Part shown: positions 59,108-64,000 of the stretch, piece by piece
Position numbering within the stretch: the stretch's first letter is position 1
How the letters are laid out: each line of letters starts with the position of its first letter
Assembly: GCA_963810955.1 (NCBI GenBank)
Contig: CAWEPW010000043.1
Span: 37,034-101,033, forward strand
Reading direction: 5' to 3'
Source: an uncultured Acidobacteriaceae bacterium
Lineage (GTDB): Bacteria; Acidobacteriota; Terriglobia; Terriglobales; Acidobacteriaceae
Length of the DNA: 64,000 nucleotides
Notes under the pieces: generated by a model
The model's input: the letters and a program-made list of their open reading frames with translations, nothing else
Database searches by the model: none
What the model was told of the DNA's origin: nothing
Translations under genes and position numbers: made by a program

Positions 59108-60449
59108 ACTCGCCGAGCGTATCCCAGTTTCGCGTCATCGATCTCATCCGCAAAAAGCGTGACGGCGGAGCGTTGTCTGCCGCTGAAATTGAATATCTGG
59201 TCGCAGGCTGTACCGACGGCACGATTCCCGATTACCAGATGGCGGCGTGGCTTATGGCTGTCGTGCTGCGCGGGATGACGCGCGAGGAGACCGCCGCGCT
59301 CACCCACGCCATGCTGCACTCCGGCGAAGTTCTCGATCTGAGTTTTCTCGCCGCAAAGAAAGTCGACAAGCATTCTACCGGCGGCGTCGGCGACAAGACT
59401 TCGCTCGTGCTTGCTCCTCTGGTCGCTGCCGGCGGGCTTTTCGTCCCCATGATCAGCGGCCGCGGACTGGGCCACACCGGAGGCACGCTCGATAAACTCG
59501 AATCTATCCCCGGCTTTCGCGTAGGCCTATCCGTGCCCGAATTTCATCGCGTGCTCAAGGCCTGCGGATGTTCGATGATCGGCCAGACCGAGAAGGTCGC
59601 TCCGGCGGATCGCAAACTTTATGCGCTGCGTGACGTTACCGGCACGGTCGAGAGCCCTTATCTCATTTGCGCGTCGATCATGAGCAAGAAGCTGGCCGAA
59701 GGCACCGACGCGCTTGTGCTTGATGTGAAGACCGGTTCGGGCGCGTTTATGAAAAAGGAGGAAGACGCCGTTTTCCTAGCCGAACTCATGGTCGAAACTG
59801 GCGAGCGGATGGGTAAACAGATGGTTGCGCTCATTACCGACATGAATCAGCCGCTCGGCCGCATGGTAGGCAACGCGCTCGAAGTGCAGGAGTGCATCGA
59901 AATCTTGCATGGCCGCGGCCCTGACGATCTGCGCGAGCTTTGCTTCGACCTGGCGGCTTGGATGTTTTATCTTGGCGGCGCGTCGAAGACGGTGGCGGAG
60001 GGAAAGCGGCTGGCGCAGGAACTCATAGCGTCGGGCAGAGCGCTTCGATAGATTTCGCCAAATGGTCGAGTTGCAGGGAGGGGACATCAGCGTAATCGAC
60101 GATCCCGCGCGGCTTCCGAGCGCCGATCATCGCGTAGAGGTGACCCAGCGCCAAGCACGGATATGTAACAGCAATTGCGTGCGAACAAGTTGGTACTGCC
60201 TGTGTCATCCTCGGCGGAGGCCGCGAACGTAAGGAAGATTCGGTCGATCCTTCTGTGGGCATCGAGGTTCATAAAAAGATCGGCGATAGAGTTTCCGAGG
60301 GCGAGTCGTTGTGCACCATTCATTGCCATTCCGACGCTCAGGCCGCGCGCGCAAAAACATTGCTGGAAGAGAGCTACCAGATTGAAGCTGCGCCGCCCGC
60401 GACGAAACAATCCATGATTCATCGCGTGATCTACAAAGGCGAGCATTAG
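59104..60449 (+). CDS. pdp: Thymidine/pyrimidine-nucleoside phosphorylase, interrupted. The N-terminal 315 aa are in one frame (59104-60051) and the C-terminal 64 aa in another (60255-60449)
   Basis: DLIRKKRDGGALS, KHSTGGVGDKTSL, ISGRGLGHTGGTLDKLESIPG. C-terminal GIEVHKKIGDRVSEGESLCTIH. The GTG start overlaps the cdd stop (GTGA). Confidence 0.75.
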
Positions 60450-60480
60450 TTTATAAACGCCGATTCGTAAAGGGGGAAAG

Positions 60481-61710
60481 ATGGGACGTTTCACCGGCAT
60501 TCTCGGATTGATCACCATGTTGGGCCTGGCCTATGCTTTCTCCACGAACCGGCGCGCCATTCGCCTGAAGACGGTGGCTTGGGGGCTGGGGCTGCAGATT
60601 GCCTTCGCCATTTTTGTTCTAAAGATTGAGCTCGGCCGCACGCTTTTTCAAAAAGCGGGAGATGCCGTGAACCGGCTCCTCAGCTACGCTTTCGCCGGCT
60701 CGCAATTTGTTTTTGGAGATCTCGGCAAACAGGGCTCGCACCTCGGTTTTTATTTTGCATTTCAGGTTCTGCCGACGGTGATCTTCATCTGCGCGCTCTT
60801 CGCGGTGCTTTATTACTTCGGCGTTATGCAGGTGGTCATCAAGGCCGCCGCGTGGCTGATGATCCGGCTGATGGGAGTGAGCGGCGCGGAGTCATTGAAC
60901 GTGGCCGCCAGCATTTTCATGGGCCAGACCGAGGCGCCGCAGACGATTCGGCCTTTTCTGCCCGACCTGACATATTCGGAGTTGATGACGGTGATGACGA
61001 GCGGCATGGCGCACGTGTCGGGCAGCATCATGGCGGCTTACATCGCCTTCGGTATCGAGCCAAAGCACCTGCTGAGCGCCGTCATCATGACCGCTCCCGG
61101 CACGCTCCTGATGGCCAAGATGCTGGTGCCCGAGACTGAAGTGCCCAAAACCGCGGGCCGCGTTGTTATGAGCGAGGACGAAGTCGAGCGCGAGAAGAAC
61201 GAAAATCTGCTGGGCGCCATCGCCCGCGGCACCACCGACGGTTTGCACATGGCACTGAACATCGCCGCCATGCTGATTTCATTCCTCGCGTTGATCGCTT
61301 TGTTGGATGGCGTCATGGGCGGAATTCACGCGCACCTTGCATGGTTCCCTTCGAGCCTCGAAGGCATACTCGGCTGGCTGTTTGCGCCCATCGCATGGGT
61401 GATCGGAGTTCCCTGGCATGACTGCCGTCTGATTGGCGATCTGCTTGGAGTTCGCATGGTGCTGAATGAACTGGTGGCGTTCTCGATGCTTGGCCCGCAG
61501 AAGGCTGCCCTCGATCCGCGCTCGTTCACCATCGCGACCTTCGCGCTTTGCGGCTTTGCCAACTTCAGCTCCATCGGAATTCAAATGGGCGGAATCGGCG
61601 CGCTGGCTCCCAACAAAAAAGCGGACCTGGCGAAGCTTGGCATTCGCGCCATGCTGGCCGGAACCATGGCCAACCTGATGTCGGCCTCGATTGCGGGCAT
61701 GCTCTTGTGA
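60481..61710 (+). CDS. nupC: NupC-family concentrative nucleoside transporter
   Basis: 409 aa polytopic protein; GILGLITMLGLAYAFSTNRRAI..; CNT-family topology. Confidence 0.8.
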   Translation: MGRFTGILGLITMLGLAYAFSTNRRAIRLKTVAWGLGLQIAFAIFVLKIELGRTLFQKAGDAVNRLLSYAFAGSQFVFGDLGKQGSHLGFYFAFQVLPTVIFICALFAVLYYFGVMQVVIKAAAWLMIRLMGVSGAESLNVAASIFMGQTEAPQTIRPFLPDLTYSELMTVMTSGMAHVSGSIMAAYIAFGIEPKHLLSAVIMTAPGTLLMAKMLVPETEVPKTAGRVVMSEDEVEREKNENLLGAIARGTTDGLHMALNIAAMLISFLALIALLDGVMGGIHAHLAWFPSSLEGILGWLFAPIAWVIGVPWHDCRLIGDLLGVRMVLNELVAFSMLGPQKAALDPRSFTIATFALCGFANFSSIGIQMGGIGALAPNKKADLAKLGIRAMLAGTMANLMSASIAGMLL

Positions 61711-62449
61711 AATCTTGTGGACCGACTGACGTCTCGCCGTCTGCCGAGCTCTGCGCATCACGGTTGCCGGGCGGGGATGGCCGGCGCTCCATTGTGGGAT
61801 GATGCGGTGACGACTTCAGGCGTTCGAGATTAGACGTGTCGATCTTATGCCGTTTGACGATTTCTTCGGTCGTGACGAGCCTCGCTCCCAGACGCTGCAA
61901 CTCAACGAGTGTGTTATCGCCCGCTTCGGACGCTAAAGTTTCGATCGCATCTCGAACCACTGCTACTCTTCTTTTTCGCTTCAGCAAGCCCTCAACCGCG
62001 TAACTGACGCAGTATTCCGTTACCACGCCAAACACCACGAATTCGGCGGCGCTGCCCAGGCGTTCCACCAGGGCGTCGGCGTTGCGAGTTTCAAAGATAT
62101 CCAGCGTTTGTTTCTCGAGAATGATTTGCTGATACTGGAAAAGATCTTCCGGCAACTTGGCATCGACGGTGTTTTCTACGCGGATGAAATTATCAGTCAA
62201 CGCTTCCGGCACAAACTCCGCGCCGGGAGAGCCTTTCACGCAATGTGGCGGAAACTGCTTGAACTCCGGATCGTCCGGCGCATGAAAGCAGCCATGCGAC
62301 ACCAGAAACACTTCGCCACGCCGCGCCGCATCTGTTAGTTTGCGGATGTTAGGGAGAATCTTCTCGGCGCCGGGCACGTAGAGCTTGCCTCCAGGCAGCA
62401 TGAAGTCCGCCTGCACATCGACTTCCCACAAAATCACGTTAGCTTTCAT
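61565..62449 (-). CDS. Isochorismatase-family cysteine hydrolase. The last ~90 aa look like a spurious read-through that overlaps nupC by ~145 nt
   Basis: VILWEVDVQADFMLPGGKLYVPGAEKI..VSHGCFH..HCVKGSPGAEF..VVFGVVTEYCVSYA. Homology stops near ..TTEEIVKRH. Confidence 0.55.
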   Translation of the reverse strand: MKANVILWEVDVQADFMLPGGKLYVPGAEKILPNIRKLTDAARRGEVFLVSHGCFHAPDDPEFKQFPPHCVKGSPGAEFVPEALTDNFIRVENTVDAKLPEDLFQYQQIILEKQTLDIFETRNADALVERLGSAAEFVVFGVVTEYCVSYAVEGLLKRKRRVAVVRDAIETLASEAGDNTLVELQRLGARLVTTEEIVKRHKIDTSNLERLKSSPHHPTMERRPSPPGNRDAQSSADGETSVGPQDFTRACPQSRPTSGWPWFRPAWRECQASPGPLFCWEPARRFRPFEFRWS

Positions 62450-62640
62450 CGGATCGAGTTAGCGTATCAGATGCAGCCGAATGCGGGTGCGGTCTGTCTG
62501 ACGATCAAAGGCCCCGCCCAACCGAAGATTGGACGGGCCACCCTTCAGGGTTTTGAAAGGTATAGGGCGTGCCGCGCGCCCGAGGAGTAGACCCAAACGG
62601 CCGTAATCGGTCAAACCATTCCCAAACAAAGGAGATGAGA

Positions 62641-62940
62641 ATGAAATACGTGATCAGTTGGGATGAACGCCCGCAATCGCCGGCGGAGTACGAGAATGCG
62701 CAGAAGCGAATCCTGGACGTATTTGGTCAGTGGAAGGCGCCAGCGAATTTCAAGGTCGAGTTCTTCGTGGTGCGTGTGGGCGATAGGGGCGGGCTCCTTT
62801 GGCAGGCCGATCTAATTCTCGCGTTCAGCAACGACAGTGAACTTTACGCCGAGAGCGTGCAGAACGGAATTGATGGTTTCGAAACGTGGATGTGCGCCTG
62901 CACTCAGGGTTTTGTAGAGGCTCTCCCGGCCGAGGCCTGC
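62641..62940 (+). CDS. DUF3303-like small protein. The 3' end is uncertain because the track ORF runs to 63366 without a stop
   Basis: MKYVISWDERPQSPAEYENAQKRILDVFGQWKAPANFKVEFFVVRVGDRGG resembles DUF3303. Confidence 0.3.
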
Positions 62941-63117
62941 GTCTTTCGCAATCTGGGCCATGCCTCGCGCTTTAGCCACGTCGCCGAGCGCAGCGACGAA
63001 GACATCGGGATTGGGGTCTTCGGCAGCCGCCGAGAGATATTCCGCAATGACCACATCGTTATCGAGATACGCCGCGGCGTCGAATGGTCTGTAGGTTGTT
63101 TTCTTTTTCTTCATCTT
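62812..63117 (-). CDS. higA: HigA-like addiction-module antidote protein (XRE-type HTH)
   Basis: YRPFDAAAYLDNDVVIAEYLSAAAEDPNPDVFVAALGDVAKARGMAQIAKDAGLGRESLYKTLSAGAHPRFETINSVLHALGVKF. Confidence 0.6.
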   Translation of the reverse strand, partial: KMKKKKTTYRPFDAAAYLDNDVVIAEYLSAAAEDPNPDVFVAALGDVAKARGMAQIAKDAGLGRESLYKTLSAGAHPRFETINSVLHALGVKFTVVAEREN

Positions 63118-63159
63118 CATTCGTTTTCTCAATGTATCCGAGTGGATACTATTCCGCAA

Positions 63160-63326
63160 GGATTATCGCCCACCGATTTTTTCATCACATCCAGCCTGTG
63201 CGCGCCATCACAGACACACCACCCGCCATCCCTGAAAATGGGAACAAAAATGATCGGCCAAGCCAGCAGCGCGTCCCTCGCAGGACTTCTCGATGCCATC
63301 CAGAACCCCTTTGTCAGACCCAGCAT
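63160..63326 (-). pseudogene. Degraded remnant of a HigB/RelE-type killer gene upstream of higA, spread over two frames and internally truncated
   Basis: One frame gives ..GVLDGIEKSCEGRAAGLADHF; a second gives ..RVVCLCDG..LDVMKKSVGDNP. Neither is a full-length toxin. Confidence 0.3.
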
Positions 63327-63596
63327 TTCGCCGCTAAGTCCTTATTCCCGAATACTTTGTGTATAAAGCCTTATTTATGAATACTTTAACCCAAATTGGG
63401 GGAGGGGGGAGGGGTACGAATTAACCCAAAAATGATACCCAAACCCAACTAAACAAAGAACAAAACGTGAAATCGGAAAAGCGGTTTTCGTCCCTGTGCG
63501 AAGTCCGCGCCGTATAATAATCGGTTCCTCATATCCGTCGACGCGCTTCGCGGCTCCCTCTCGAGTCTTGCGGCCCGACGCACAGGAGATCCCATC

Positions 63597-64000
63597 ATGT
63601 CTGCTCTTACCGAATCTGCCGCGCCGAAACGAATGCCGGCTCAAATACAATTCCGCACCGAATCCGACAGCATGGGCAAGATCGAAGTTCCCTCCAATGT
63701 TTATTGGGGAGCGCAGACGCAGCGCTCGCTGCTGCATTTTGATATTGGGCGCGACACCATGCCTCCCGAGCTGATTCACGCCTTTGGGACGCTGAAGAAG
63801 GCTTGCGCGCTGGTCAATCAGGATTTCGGCAAACTCCAGCCGGAGTTGGCGAAGCTCATCGTCCAGGCCGCCGATGAGGTTATCGCCGGCAAATTGGATG
63901 ACCAGTTTCCGCTGCGCATCTGGCAGACGGGTTCGGGCACGCAGACCAACATGAATGTGAATGAGGTCATCTCGAATCGCGCGATTGAGATTGCGGGCGG
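63597..64000 (+). CDS. fumC: Class II fumarate hydratase, N-terminal part (continues past the window end)
   Basis: [25 protein letters not shown]...[23 protein letters not shown]. Confidence 0.85.
   Translation, partial: MSALTESAAPKRMPAQIQFRTESDSMGKIEVPSNVYWGAQTQRSLLHFDIGRDTMPPELIHAFGTLKKACALVNQDFGKLQPELAKLIVQAADEVIAGKLDDQFPLRIWQTGSGTQTNMNVNEVISNRAIEIAG

Noticed and set aside
63375-63779. 134-aa minus-strand ORF
   Set aside because: Overlaps the fumC start region and the AT-rich spacer. Arg/Gly-rich shadow with no motifs.

Overview
This 64 kb window is high-GC bacterial chromosomal DNA (probably ~60% or more GC). Gene content is consistent with an Acidobacteria-like soil bacterium, but this is a guess. 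It contains no rRNA, tRNA or CRISPR array. The accessory left third (~1-20.3 kb) is an internally coherent locus for a sulfated exopolysaccharide that probably contains galactofuranose. It encodes a Wzx-type flippase running off the window edge, three tandem PAPS-type sulfotransferase paralogs separated by near-identical palindromic elements, and a GT2 glycosyltransferase. It also encodes a eukaryotic-type UDP-galactopyranose mutase and a self-contained PAPS supply and recycling module (a Sat-CysC fusion, a TauE/SafE permease and CysQ PAP phosphatase). Further right in the same locus are two paralogous secreted beta-helix proteins, a membrane synthase-like GT2, a SAM methyltransferase, a PEP-CTERM-locus-type polysaccharide deacetylase and a fourth, Stf0-like sulfotransferase. 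The remainder is mostly core genes: hisS, aspS, cmk, mutL, panE, metH, an Omp85 (BamA/TamA)-TamB pair, mgtC and a cdd-pdp-nupC nucleoside operon. It also holds a DyP-peroxidase/encapsulin nanocompartment operon beside MOSC and MsrPQ-like molybdoenzyme genes, and a degraded HigBA-like toxin-antitoxin pair. Two caveats cut across everything. First, at least 20 genes are broken into adjacent overlapping ORFs by single-nucleotide frame changes, several of them in short homopolymers; these include mutL, metH, tamB, the DyP cargo, sat-cysC, the methyltransferase, pdp and a CRTAC1-like gene. This points to uncorrected indel sequencing errors or, less likely, a mismatch-repair-deficient lineage. Second, short tandem oligonucleotide repeats (7-15 nt units) and inverted-repeat elements built from them recur in intergenic regions and 5' leaders.
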